Assembly (NCBI RefSeq): GCF_009914755.1
Contig: NC_060927.1
DNA from: the human T2T-CHM13v2.0 reference genome, Homo sapiens
Length of the DNA stretch: 64,000 nt
Direction: 5' to 3' (one strand)
A model generated the notes under the pieces. That model saw only the letters and a program-made list of their open reading frames with translations, searched no databases and was not told the DNA's origin. Both the position numbers and the translations under genes were made by a program. Shown here piece by piece: positions 1 to 23,300 of this stretch; within the stretch, counting starts at the first letter, position 1, and every line of letters starts with the position of its first letter.

Positions 1-201
1 AACTTTTATTATAGTATATTGTTATAATTGTTCTACTGTATTATTATTGTTAATCTCTACTGTGCCTAATTTATAAACTTTACCATAGGTATGTACATAT
101 AGGAAAAAACATACTACATATAAAGTTTAGTATTACCTGTGGTTTCAGGCATCCACTGGAGGTCTTGGAATGTATTCCCCATGGATAAGGGAGGACTACT
201 A
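1..201. mobile_element. MER44-type (TcMar-Tigger) DNA transposon, partial
   Basis: Ends in TIR-like GGATAAGGGAGGACTACT; clearly homologous to 8470-8642. Confidence 0.7.
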
Positions 202-211
202 TAGTCTTTAT

Positions 212-380
212 CAGTGGTTCTCAAACGTGAGTGAATATCAGAACCACCTGGCTGGCATGTTACAGTGATTACTGGGCCTTACATACAGTTTCTGATTCAG
301 CAGGCAAGGACCAAGATTTTAATTTTTAGGTTTCTAAGGGGTTCTGATGCTGATGGTACAGGGTCTACACATGAGACCTA
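212..380. mobile_element. MER5A-like hAT-Charlie relic
   Basis: CAGTGGTTCTCAAAC start; ATCAGAACCACCTGG; TTCTGATGCTGATGGT. Confidence 0.65.
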
Positions 381-384
381 CTCA

Positions 385-438
385 TCTATAAAAAGAAAAT
401 TACAGACAACACTCTCATTCATTTTAACTATGTTTATT
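385..438 (-). terminator. Distal polyadenylation signal of KIAA1143
   Basis: TTTATT at 433-438 (AATAAA on minus), followed on the minus strand by GTGTTGTCTGTAATTTTCTTTTT (~385-412). Confidence 0.6.
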
Positions 439-780
439 GTGCACTTAGTAGGCCAGATACTCTTCTGATATTTGAGAATACAGTGGTGAATAACACAAAC
501 TCCATGCTTTCAAGATTCCCACACCCAGATACTAAGACATATTAAAATTTACAGCAATTAAAACAGTGTAGTTTGGTACAATAACACATATAGCAATGAT
601 ACAAATTAGGGGAAAAAACCCTGGCTTCTATAACAAGTGAGTATACATTAAAGACAGTATTGCAGAATGGCTTCAGGATTAATTTGATTAATTTAGAGAG
701 AGCCTATTTCAGGTCTTCCTAGCTCATCCACACACATCACCTTTCAGTGTTCTTTATAGGTACTTAAAACTTAAAAAAAG

Positions 781-1163
<383 letters not shown>

Positions 1164-1464
1164 TTAACAAGCCCCCAGTTTGGGCTGACTTTTACTAATG
1201 AGGAAAATTGTTAGGATTAAGCAGGGTCTTGAGGAATCACCTCTAAAGGCTCAGACTTTAAAGTGCTTCCCCTCCCTTCCCTACCCCAACATTTGGAGAA
1301 ATCTCTCACTAGATGGCCTTTCAAATAAATGAGAAACACATGGTTCTAGGACAATTGATTATTTGAGAAAAAAGTATACTCAAATAAATTCCAGATAGAA
1401 TAAAGGTTAATGTGAATAAACAAAAACAAAGAGAATATGGGTAATTCTTTTTTTAAAATTTATT

Positions 1465-1764
1465 TCTATTTTTTATTTTTTTTGAGACAGTTCTTACTCT
1501 GTTGCCCAGGCTGGAGTGCAGTGGTGCAATCATAGCTCACTGCAGCGTTGAACTCCTGGGCCCAAGCCATCCTCCTGCTTAGCCTCCTGAGCAGCTGGGA
1601 CTACAGGTGTGTGTCGCTACACCTGGCTATTTTTTATTTTTTGTAGAGATAGGGGTATTGCTTTGTCGCCCAGGCTGGGCTCAGATTCCTGGCTTCAAGC
1701 AATTCTCCCACCTTGGCTTCCCAAAGTGTTGGGATTACAAGCATGAGCCATTGTGTCTGGCCTG
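1465..1764 (-). mobile_element. Alu (J-like), full length
   Basis: Poly-T start followed by reverse-complement Alu. Confidence 0.93.
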
Positions 1765-1889
1765 GGTGATTCTTTATCTGACATAGAGGTTGGGAAACAG
1801 AACAACAAAAAAAAATTGATAAATTACATAACTTACAAATTAGTAAGAAAGATATGACCATACTAATGGAAAAAAGTTAATTCAAAAAC

Positions 1890-3665
1890 TTTTGACCTTA
1901 AACTAACTTTTTGGATATTAGGCTTCCTGAAGTTCAAGAGTGACATATTAGGCTTATATTAGGCTTATTTGTAATGTTTGAATTATACAGGAAACATTGT
2001 CAAGTGTGAGGTGGTGTTTAGCTTCCTTTGGGTTATACTGATAGAGATTTGTTGTTAATATGTGTTCCAGGATTGTATGAGAGTTCTAAAATTCTGATAT
2101 GTCTTAATATATGTTGTAATGATTATGTTAAATTGTTGTAAGCCACAGAAATAGCCACATTTGTCAACTGTGTCTTTATGGCTGTCTTAAGACTTTTGTC
2201 ATCCATAATTGATGTTTTGCTTTGATCCTTCTCAAAAAAAAAAAGTGACTTATAATCAGCTACAGTCCAAGGCTTACTTCTTTGGAGTTCATGAAAAGAA
2301 CTCTTGAATGCAGGTTTCTGGTAACTTTGGAGAGTGTGCCATTGGATTAGACAGAAAACTTCCAAGGCACTAATTGAAAGGCTGATGTGTTCATAAAGAT
2401 GAATATGAAGTAGAGCAGGAGTTGATTACATGGACTGAAATGAACTAATGGAAGACTGAAATAATTTGTATGGCTTTTGTTGTTTGAAATATTGCTACTT
2501 CTTTTTGTTTTTTCAGAGTCTGAATAATCTTTTTATTTTGAGCTATTTATAGCCTTGAAATACACTTTAAGTGTATTGAGTATTCTAATTTCTCCAGAAT
2601 TTGTAAACTATTTATGAATATTCTTAATTCATGGCATTTGTCTGTATAAAGTTAATAACCACGTTTTCTTTTGTAATAGGGCACAATTGAAACCGGTTAC
2701 TTTCTCAGGACTTTGACTGAAATGGCCTTGTGAAATGTTCTAGCAAAGCCAATCTAGGAGAGTCTATATGGACAATGATTCTTGTTGCACTTTGTGTGGG
2801 TAATCAGGCCCAGTATATGGGACTGCAGTTTATTTTGAAGTTAGGTCGGTTCTGCTGTGATTTGTCTTTGGTGGAAGTGGTAGACTGGAGACAGAAATAT
2901 TGTATGTCCCTAAATTAATATAGCTCCCAACAACCAATCCCTCATTATACCTTTAACTGCAACCACCAGACACAACGGCTAGGAATAACAGCAGAGGTAG
3001 GAATGGGAGTTAGCGGGATTGCAACTTCCCTATCCTATTACCAACGCTTGTCCAAGGATTTTATGGAAAGCCTGGATAACATTGCTCAAAGTATTGTCAC
3101 CTTACAAATTCGGATAGGCTCCTTGGCAGTGGTCGCTTTGCAAAATCGAAGGGGACTAGATCTCCTAACTGCTGAAACAGGTGGCTTATGTATTTTCCTA
3201 GAAGAAGAATGCTGTTTTGATGTCAACCAATCAGGATTAGTAAGGGACACCACCTGAAAACTAGCTGACTGGGCCTCTAAAATATGACAACAGCTGGGGC
3301 ACCTAAAGGGCACTAAGTTGGGTTTCATGGCTCCCTCCCTTGGCCAGCCCATTATTAATGATTATATTTGCCTTGGTTTTTGGACCATATCTGTTAAATC
3401 TTTTAACCAAATCCATTTCCTTTTGCCTAGAGACCACCAAGTTAGATGATCATGTGACAAGATTTCTAGCCAGTTTCAGGAGAAGACACCACCGGCCATC
3501 AAGAAGCTACCCTGTCTCCCCTAGACAAAGCAGGGTGAGAGTTACGTGATCTCCAATAGGTAGGGACTGTGTCCCAAGTTAGCATGAAGCAGTTACAGAA
3601 GAAAGACCCTCAGTCTCTCAGCCTCCCATAAAGATTTACGAGGATCACGTCTCTCAGGGGGAAAA
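1890..3665 (+). mobile_element. ERV1 internal remnant (MER51/MER4-group), 3' part
   Basis: Contains the env TM fragment and ends in polypurine tract AGGGGGAAAA directly before the LTR. 5' boundary approximate; no 5' LTR seen. Confidence 0.7.
2980..3450 (+). pseudogene. Gammaretroviral-type env TM subunit fragment, disrupted
   Basis: Fusion-peptide-like GVSGIATS; immunosuppressive domain LQNRRGLDLLTAETGGLC with CX6CC (3138-3215); stop at 3255-3257; membrane anchor LLMIIFALVFGPYLLN in another frame. Confidence 0.9.
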
Positions 3666-4108
3666 TGAGGCAGGAGAATAGGGTCTGGAGACAGGGAACC
3701 TAAGGCTGATTCACATTGACTTCCTAGAACTGAATCAAAAGGAAAACCCCACCTCTCCATACCTAAGTAACAAAAGGATCAGAGGCTACTCCCTTTGCAA
3801 TCCCCTTGCCTTTTCTGCATTGCAGATGAAAAATGAAAGTGCCTCTGATTGGTCCCCTCCTGCAACCAATCAGACTGGTCATAGGCCAAGTCCTCATTTA
3901 CACAGGAGTATAACTTTGTAACTTCACTTCAGCCTCTGATTGGTCACTTTCTGCACCAATCAGACAGGTCACGGGCCACTACTTCATTTACACAGGGTGT
4001 ACGCCAAGTAACCAATGGCAAACCTCTAGAGGATATTCATTGCTTTGTGCGTTTTGTTCAATTATTTGTCCAAAATGCCAAGAACCTGGACACCCTCCAC
4101 CAGTAACA
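3666..4108 (+). mobile_element. MER51-type LTR with internal deletion
   Basis: TGAGGCAGGAGAATAGGGTCTGG...CACCAGTAACA with TG..CA termini; ~91-bp CCAAT-bearing tandem units at 3841 and 3932. Confidence 0.8.
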
Positions 4109-5014
4109 GTTTGACCAGTTATTTATTGTATTACTTAGGACTGCATTTGGCTGCATATAAAAGAAACCTGACCAAGGCCTAATTAAGCACAGTGTTTATT
4201 CTTCTCACTACCAAGAAGTCAGAGGTCAGCAATCCAAGCTGGTGTAGCAGCTCCTCCAGGCATGTCAGCAAGGAGCCAAGCTCTGAGTCTTTTTACTAAC
4301 ATGACCCAAAGCACATGGCTGCCTTCCTTATGCCTAAAAGTGGCTCTGGTACTCAGGTTTTATCTCTGCACTCCAAGTAGGATGAAAAGATAAGAGCAAA
4401 GGCTCATGTTTGCCAAGTCTGTCCTTTTGTAACAAAAAACCCAGCAGCTTTATCAAGCAGAATTCCACCTGTATTTCTTAACTTGCCAGAGCTGAGTCTC
4501 ATGGCCACCCTTAGCAGGAGTTGGGGAGGTATTTTTAACAAGGCACATTATCATCTCCCCCACCCAAAGTGGAGCTATTGCTAATGAAAAAGATACAATG
4601 AGATGTTTATGAAATTATCTGTAGCTATTAATGTCAGGTTTTTGAAATTTACTGACCTGGAAGAATACTCATAATGCAATGTCAAGTGAGAAGCAGGACA
4701 AAGAACATTTGCAATACAGTTGTATTTATAAAATTTTGTTTACACACAAAAAATGTATTTTGCTTAAAAATATAATTTACATATATATACAACCACACAA
4801 GGGAAATAACAAAATGTTAATACTAGCTAATTTCTATAGAGTTGGCATTTTAAGTCAGAGGGGTATTGATGAATAGATGTAGTTTATTAAATTTTTTTCT
4901 CTATTTCCTAAACTTTCTATAAAGAACTTGTAGTATCTTTATAATAGGAAAAAATGTGATTTTAATGAACACTCCATATACTTTCAAAGTAGACTAAATT
5001 CAAAATATTTACAC

Positions 5015-5245
<231 letters not shown>

Positions 5246-5862
5246 TTAAGAACTTTCTTCTCCTCATTATTTTGCCTTTACCTTAGAAGCAAATAATAAG
5301 AAAATCTCATATTGTATTTAAGGATATCCCTGAATCTGATTCAGTCTGGTCTTCTCCATTGTTTCTAGCTATATTGCCCTCAAGGCATGCAGTTACTTAA
5401 TAAAAACTCACATGCTAAAGTATTCTATAATATTGTCAGTTCCCAATTACAATCAGGTTGTATTTTTAAGTAGTTTGAAAAGTGACTGTTTGGAACTACA
5501 GCATTTTCCCCTAAAGCAATGTAGTAAATGTTCAGAAATAATGAAAAATATACTACATATCATACCAAACTTCAGGCAGTAATGAAATACACCTTTTTTG
5601 ACTGGTTTATAAGTCTAACCATCTATTTAAAAAAAAAAAATAGGATGCTTTTACTTAAATTCACACTTAATCCTGGTAACAACCCAATAGGTACAATTAT
5701 TTCCATTTTACTGATGAGGAAATCGAGGCTGAGAGGTGTAATAACTTGCTCAAGGTTACACATCTGGTAAGTGTCAAAGCTAAGGCTTGAACCCGGAACT
5801 GCCACCTTGAAACACACCACACTACTAAATAAAATAAACAATTTCATACCCTGGGCTCCTTA

Positions 5863-6042
<180 letters not shown>

Positions 6043-7952
6043 CTAGGGAAAAACACAAATACAATGTGTAGATCACTGATCTTGAGACAAACAGAACCAC
6101 TGCCTCTAAGAGAAACTGTAATTATTTATGAGAAGGGTATCTTTATTGAGTAAATAAGGGCAATGAATTTTAAGGTAACTCCAAAGAGACTTAGCTTGCC
6201 ACACAAGGGAACAGGTTTAACTGCCATTCACCCTGGAGTGCCTGTCCGGTGGGATTCATTTCCATCTCAGCAGGACCCAGCTTGTAGTTACTAGTGTGAG
6301 GGACCCTCTGCTTGGGGTACTGCTGTCACTCCTAGCCTACTCAGGGCAGCACTGTGCCATGTCAGTTGTTTGCTCCTCATCAGCACTTTTTGCCTGTCTC
6401 TTCTCTGAGTTAGACAAGAAATAAACACCATCAAAGTACAGAAAGCAGCAAGTAAAACGTACTCTCTCTCTCACCTCTGCTCATCTTTTCCCCCTCCTAA
6501 TAGCTTCAGTTTGGTGGATATTCTATCAGCTATTTTCCACGTCTATACAACTATGTAGGTACATAAAACTTTTTGTATACCAACAACACTGTACTTATTC
6601 CTGTGACTTGCTTTTTCCCTATTTATGAAATTTCTCAAACATAAAGTACAGAGAATAACATAACAGAAACCATGTACTCCCTGTATATGTGTAACAGATG
6701 GTAATATTTTGCCAGTTGATTCAGATTTTTGAAATGTGAGACACCGTAAGAGCCCCACTCCCACAACTTAACTCAAAAAATATCTTTGTACAGTACTTTA
6801 AGATATAGAATTATCTGATTTTTAAAAAATCACTGCCTTGCATTTAATTACATATATGGTCACCTCAAGATTTATTTGACCAGCATCTTGTAAATACAAA
6901 TTTTGCTCGTTTCCAGATTTTTTTCTACTATGAAAAAACCTCATGCACCCATTTTTGCTCACTTTTGGGAACTTGTATGCAAGAACTTTTAATGTTAACA
7001 GTTCACTAGAGGTGGAACTGTTGGGTTGAAAGGTATGCATACCAAAATATGTTTTCATATGTTATTCAAACACAATCACTCATTACTCCACTTCTCATAG
7101 AGACTTCCTGGTCTCCCAAACAAGGCGACAAAGCCCTGCAAGAATTAGCCTCAGCCCATAACCACAGCTTTATCCTGTACCACTCTCTCATGGCATCTAG
7201 ACTCTGGCATGGCAAGGTTTGAGTACTTGGAGATTTATAAATATATTAGCTCCTTTGCTTCCCCTGTCTCTGAACAAATTCCTACGGCTTATTAAGCCCC
7301 ACAGCCCCTGAGCAACTCCTACTCAAGCTGCCTTCCAGATTTAGAGCCTCTAGAAGTGCTTACCTAAATCTCACCTTCTCTTGTTTCTTACACTGTGCAT
7401 AGCTCATAGGTAGCATGTATTGCACTGTGGTACCAATGTTTTTCTGCTGGTTTCCACTGGGCAAGTGCCTTCTGGAGAGGCACAAAGCCTGGAAAACAGC
7501 AGGGACTTCCAGAAATATTTGTTGATCTACTCATGAATGACCAACAGAATGGAAAATGATGAACTACATGAAGCCCTGGCAAGTTGCTTGTGCCATTTTA
7601 ACTATAACTCAAGTTCTCAAGTCTGCTCTATCACTGCACAAGTACATTCTCTTTAATGGTATCTATGTTAGTTCACTGATTATTCATCAGTTTCTGCCAA
7701 TTTTTCTCTGAAAGTCTCCAATAAATGACCACAAATAGGTAGTAAGTATTTTTAGCCAAAAATATGGGAAAGTGAAATAAAATCATTCCTTTTGTTTGTT
7801 AAATTGAGAATAATTAATTCTGACTCTCTTCTCTTTTTTTCTTTTTAAATGTGACTGCCTGGAAAACAAGAGAAATAGTCTAAGGACAGTGGCAGTAGCC
7901 ACTGATGACTGTTCAGAGACATTTCTGAATTAACTCTCAAGAAAGTGAATAG

Positions 7953-8268
<316 letters not shown>

Positions 8269-8335
8269 TTAATTATGGAATGATTTCCCATGAAACTCAT
8301 TTCTTTTTGTTAATAGATGACTAAAATCCTGACTG

Positions 8336-8642
8336 CAGTAGTCCCCTCCTTATCCTCAATTTCATGTTCCACAATTTCAGTTACCTGTGGTCAACTGTAG
8401 TATGAAAGAAGGGTGAGTACAGTACAATAAAATATTTAGAGACAGCAAGCAAACAAGCAAATTCACACAACTTTTACTAGAGTATATTGTTATGATTGTT
8501 CTATTATTAGTTACTAATCTGCTGATATTCCTAATTTATATAGTAAACTTCATCATAGGTATATATGTATGGGAAAAAACATAGTATATATAGAATTCAG
8601 TATTATCCACTGGGGGTCTTGGAACATAATGGGGGAATACTG
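8336..8642. mobile_element. MER44A-like MITE
   Basis: TIR CAGTAGTCCCCTCCTTATCC at left, GGGGGAATACTG + TA at right. Confidence 0.75.
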
Positions 8643-9531
8643 TATATTGCCAAACTGATTAAAAATGAAGTGGTTCTCACACTGAAACATGGCGTACTTC
8701 TCTAAGGGAAATTCCCTTGAGTACATAAATAAGCGAAAATCACTGATATTACTTGGAAAGGATTCCCGAAGTTCTCTTAAGATAGCATTCCAAGCTGTAA
8801 CCTTCAAGCTGTCAACTGTGCATACAGGGTCATCACCAGGACCTCAAGCAAGGTAAAGCTGGGTCTCATCTTCTCCTCATCGCTCAATCTATGTCCCTTT
8901 TCTCAAACCTTACCCTCTTTGTCATCATCCCTATTTTTAGTCATGGGGATCAGTCATTCCCTGTGTTACCTCTAAGAAAAAAATGGCTCCCTGTTGCTTA
9001 CTAAATAGTCCACATGGCCTCACCTCCACTAGCCCCTCTAACACTTCTACATACAGTCCATGACTCTCAAATCTCTACACCTTTACCCATGCCATTCTCT
9101 TCATCTCTACCTGCTGACCTAACCATGCTCGAGAGTCTATCTAAATATCCCTCCTCCACGAAGTCTAACCTGATAACAGCACAGTCACCAACAAATACAA
9201 CTGTTACCCACTACTTCGTGCCAGGCACTGTGCTAGGTGCTGGGAAAATACGGAAGGATTAAGATACTAACTTAAAGAGTTCAATCTAGTGGTGAAGATA
9301 AACAGGAAAGCAAGTAGTTGCAATATAAAATGAATGTTATAGATAAGATATGGATAAGGTAAAGAGAAAAACAGAAAGAGTAACTGTTTGGAGAGCTTTG
9401 AAGGGTTTCGGAGAGATGGTAACTTGTGAAAATAGGGCAGGAAGTGTTAAAGAACATGGCATTTTGGAGATCCATCTCTTCGTCCTTTCAGAGCCTGCGA
9501 CAGTGCATGGGGTTAGCACATACTCATTCTA

Positions 9532-11970
<2,439 letters not shown>

Positions 11971-11993
11971 AATACTGATCCCTCCGGCCCTAG

Positions 11994-12678
<685 letters not shown>

Positions 12679-12954
12679 CTTCTCTATATTATTTTTATTT
12701 ATTTTTAATTAACAAAGCATAGAAACAGATTCAGGACATTCCTCCGAAGACGTTCCAGACTCGAGTCCTAGGACATGGTTGGGGCGGGGGTCATTTGATC
12801 GAGTGGCCTGTGTCCTTATCTGGAATACGGGACGACGCTGTAACTCTAACTCACCCTGCGAACTCACAGCTTTTGAGGTAAACAAGTGAGAAAGAAGAGA
12901 CAATAAAGTGATCTTTCTTTACCATCTACCAAGGACCAGGTGGTTTACACGTCA

Positions 12955-13460
<506 letters not shown>

Positions 13461-13546
13461 AGCGGGCGGAATTCAGTCGCGCGCGGTGCAGTCGGGAGGT
13501 GGAGGCACCGGCTGCATTGTTTTCGGGATCGAGGGGTGAGGGCGCT

Positions 13547-13565
13547 ATGGCACCCGGCTGCAAAA
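13547..13565 (+). CDS. KIF15: KIF15 coding exon 1 (MAPGCK)
   Basis: GCTATGG Kozak context; donor AAA|GTAAGT; 19 nt. Confidence 0.93.
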
Positions 13566-14863
13566 GTAAGTCTGGGCCCCCGGCTTCGTTACCCTATTTT
13601 TGCCCCCAAATACAGCTGTGAAAGGATGGCAGCCTCGGACCGCCCGCAAGGTTCTTGCTAGGCATGAACTGCAGGAGCTGAGTGACCGGCGGGGACGTTT
13701 GGGAATCCCGCTCTGTCGCTCAAAGACAATACGCTAGCCGAAAAGCTCATCCCTTCCTTCAGTGTCCTGTGCGCATGCCAGGAGTCTGGCGCAGTTCTAG
13801 GCGCTCGGGATGAGCAGTGGACCTGACGTTCTTCCCTTTCTTTCCCTTGGTTCTGCTGTTTCTTCGCAGGCCTCTTCCCACATCCCGACCAGGGCTACCT
13901 CTCTAGATATCTTTGTCTCAGGATCGGCTTTTGCTCCCACCAGCTTCTGCGTATTTCTACATTTCTGACCTTCCTATAGGGAAGGGTTTATTTATATTCC
14001 AAACATTTCTTTCTCCTCTTTCCTTAAATAAATGGAATGTTAAAACACAGATGTCAGCAATGTCTTTATGTTCTCACAGTCTCTATTTTCACTTAAAGGA
14101 GACCCGTCCGATTTCTTTCTCTTTTTCACGGAGGAGAGCACTGTCATTTTGCTTATGATAAACCCTACAGTTTTCACTAACGTAGTCATTTGCTGTGCCT
14201 GTGTACGTGCTCCACTTCTCACATTGCCACATCTCTTAAGGAGTCTTATTTTTGTAAACCTGATTATGAGCTGATTTAATGGGATCTTTGTGAGTGGTCT
14301 GAATGGTAATGAGGAGAGGCCTGGATTAGATGATTAAGAATTTGTGAACTTCTGTCATTTGAGCTTTCCAACGCCGTTAATGTTTCTAGCTTTCTGTCAA
14401 TTGTAGTCGTTTTTGATGGGTTTGTTGTTTCATTAATCTTTTAGGTCGATCACACCTAATCGGAACACCTCCTTATGCTACCTTTTTGCATATAAAATAT
14501 TCCTTTTCCTTTCATCATTTTCAGTATTCAAGGACTATGAGCTCACAAAATGGTACCTTATTGGAGAGAAATGTTCATCCTGCTTTCTGAACAATCATAC
14601 TGTTTGTTCTTTGTTTCCACTTTATGGATCAGTCACTAAATCTGGACTCAAGCAAAAAATTTGATGCCTGTTAAATAAGTAAAACATCTGCTTATTTAAT
14701 GAGATATATGTATGTGACTGAGGGCTCTTGTCTGAAAACCAAATTTGAGAACCTTTCTAAAGTGGTGGGAGCACTCTCCTTTATGATGGTGGTGATGCCA
14801 TGGGGAACTTTTCCACTCCTTTAAGTTTGTTGGCAAAATTGAGGTTGATGACTTCCCAGTTAA

Positions 14864-20324
<5,461 letters not shown>

Positions 20325-23300
20325 TTCCCCACTCTAAAGAAGTACATCTAACTGCCCTTAGAATAAAGATAAGGACAAAGACCAATCTTAACTGCTTCCT
20401 GCTGACAGGGGGTGCTGTGTTGGGAAAATGGCAGTCAGATTTCCCTAAGAGGCCAATCTAAAGGTTCCTGGCAAAAGGGACCATTATCTGAGGCTCCAGT
20501 TGCACGACTGGAGTTTGATGACCTGAAGGCGAGAAGAGACAAACTGAGTTATTAGAAAACATGTATCAAAACAAAACAAGGATGGGGTAAGGACAGAAGT
20601 CATGCCAGAAGTCATGCTCGAAAATCCCGAGGCCTTTTACTGGTTTGCACAGGGAGAGGGAGGCCAAAAGCCTGATTGTTAAAAGTTAAAAAAAATTTTT
20701 ACCCTTTTGCTGGCTTGTCAGTCTTCGAGGTTCCCTTCCCCCAAGCCCAGTCCTAAGCTAATCTCAAGTTTAAGGTTTGGGAAATTAACTTTTCGCAGTT
20801 TAGAGGATGGATCCAAGGGGAGTGTGCTGTAGTAAGGAGACACAATTACCTATCTGTGAAGAGAGGACACAAGGGGAAAAGGAAAAAAGAAGGTGTTTTT
20901 TTCAAAGGAGTCCCAGGGGTTCAGGATGTATTCAAAAAGGCCACAGACTGAAGATGAATGGCAATCCATCAAGAAAGAGGGGAGCAGGTGTCCCTGGTTC
21001 CTTTCTCTTCCTAGTGAATACCCAGGGTAGGTGAGGGAGGGAGAAAGTGACGTGCCCCTTTTCATTTCTTCTGTCCTTATATCCCCAAGACCTGGGTGAT
21101 CATCAAAGGGTGCCACCCATGAATGTCAAAGCGGCTTTCCCCCATGTTAACAGGGCTTACCCACGTACGCCCTATCTCCCCTGCTGTCAGTAGCCTTCAA
21201 GTTCTCTAGACCTCATTTATGTCGTGGATACTAGCATGATGTTTATCCATGAAACAGGAGGCTTGGCTTAATCGGCAGGAGTTAGTCATGCTCACCTGTG
21301 CTGTGCTTTTTAACTTCTGTTACCGTCTGCTTCTGGATCCCTCAGATCCAGTTTTTTTTTTCTTAGGGCTTTGACCTGAAGTTGGGAATTGAGTTTGGGA
21401 CCAAAAATATGTCTCAGGGGTTGTATGGACTCCTTATCATAAGCTGAATGCTAAGGTGAAGCTGTGAAAGGGGTCCTCCTCCAAGGGAAAGAAAAGGATG
21501 CCCTGTGACACACCCAGATAACTGGTGGCTATAGTTATGTTTGCTAAGATTTGGGTGCATGGAGCTTGGCTTTGGTTAGCTCCCTTGGTCTTACTTTCCC
21601 AAAAAGGAAACCTCTGGATGACAGGCACTGTATTTATTCCCACCACCTAGCAGGATTTGCAGGATAATTGCTTAGAACTAGAATATTGATTCAGATTTTT
21701 ACATTACCCATCCCCCTTTGTTCCTTCTGGGCTGTAGTTGGAGATCTCTGGTTGGATCACAGGCATAAGCAGGGTTAGTTTTTAAACGAACTAGGCAAAA
21801 AACTTGAAAACAACTAGTGGGTCTAGAATTTAATGATGATAAGTTTTTAAACATAATTTATCTCTCTCCAGTCCTCAGTTTTCTTAAAAACAAACCATGA
21901 TAGGACTGAGTTGTTTGCAAAATAGACTTTGGTCTTATACTTGGCTTGATTCTTTGCATGAAGTGCAGCAAGAATACTTATTTTTACAGAGGGCTTTTAG
22001 ATTGGCTTTGATGGAACTCTATTCCACAAGGAATCTCAGATAGGACTTTCTAAAGCTGAACCCAGCTGTGGGTTTTTACCCTCAAATACCTGTGAGTTGG
22101 GTAAACTCCTCTCTTCTTGAGGTCCCAAGAGCATAGGGTTCCTGGGCCTGTTAAAAAGTGACACTTTTTACTCACCGCAGATTAGGAACCCTGTACAGGG
22201 ACTGTGTAGGCAAGGTATGAGGCCAGTTTTCCCAAGGAGCTTTTATCAGTTCTGCAAGTCAAGCTTGACTCCTTAAAAGGAAGCATACCCTTCCAGTCAA
22301 AGGCCTTGGTAAAACAACTAGTGTCTTCAGTTGTGTCCTGTTGCAAAGAAAATGGAATCTTATTGCACTGATGCAAACAAATATATTGTCATAAGTTAAG
22401 TATACTCACAACTAGTTTCCAAATTCTGGAGAAGCCAGGCAGAGAGAGAGAGACAAACATGCTCCAAATTTTGTTCACAGGAGTATACCTTACTCAATTA
22501 TTAAAGGCTGTAAATAGTTCAAAATAAGTTTCCTTCACTCTGAAAAACAAAGCAAGGATTGGCAATGGTCCAAGCGAAAGTCAAAAAGATTACTTCAGTT
22601 TTGTATTCATTAAGTCCATCCAGTTAACTCTTGTTTTGCTTGATATTCATGAACATTTCAGCTCTTCATGAGTCCTGTTTGTTTTTTCTTTATTCTAATG
22701 TCTCAATCTCCAAAGTTATCAGAAACCTGCATTTGAGAGCACCTATGAAAGTTCTATGGCTGATTATAAACCATCTTTTGAAGAGGATGAAAACAAGACA
22801 ACAATTGTCTGTGAATAACAAAATGTCCAGGGTAGTTAGAGTCAGAAACAGAATTGACAAATAAATTTGGTTATCTCTGTGGTTTATAATAACTTAACAT
22901 AACAACCTTAATTGTGATTGATAGCATATACTCATGATGGGGCCCTAAGATAATTTCTGATGGCCTGGGACTCCTCGGAAAAAACAGAAAAGGCACCACA
23001 GATTCCATTTTTATGGCCAGACACTAGAATTTTAGGAATCCTTTACAATTTTGGAACATATATTAATATTATTCCCTAAAATATAACCTGAAGAAGATTA
23101 AACATTATTTTGGCAATCCCATGTACCTAAACATGTCAGGTAATCCTGTTTACCTCTCTTCTGGATGTGTCAGGGGCCCTCTGTAGCATCCAAAAGCCAG
23201 GTGTCAGGAAAGACAATTTTGAAACTGAAGTTTGATTTTGGGAAGCCTGTTGAATATGTTAGAGGTTTAAAACATTTGATTTTATGAAATAGAATTCCAG

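Noticed and set aside
20595-20618. CAGAAGTCATGC direct repeat x2
   Set aside because: Ordinary slippage micro-duplication inside the ERV.
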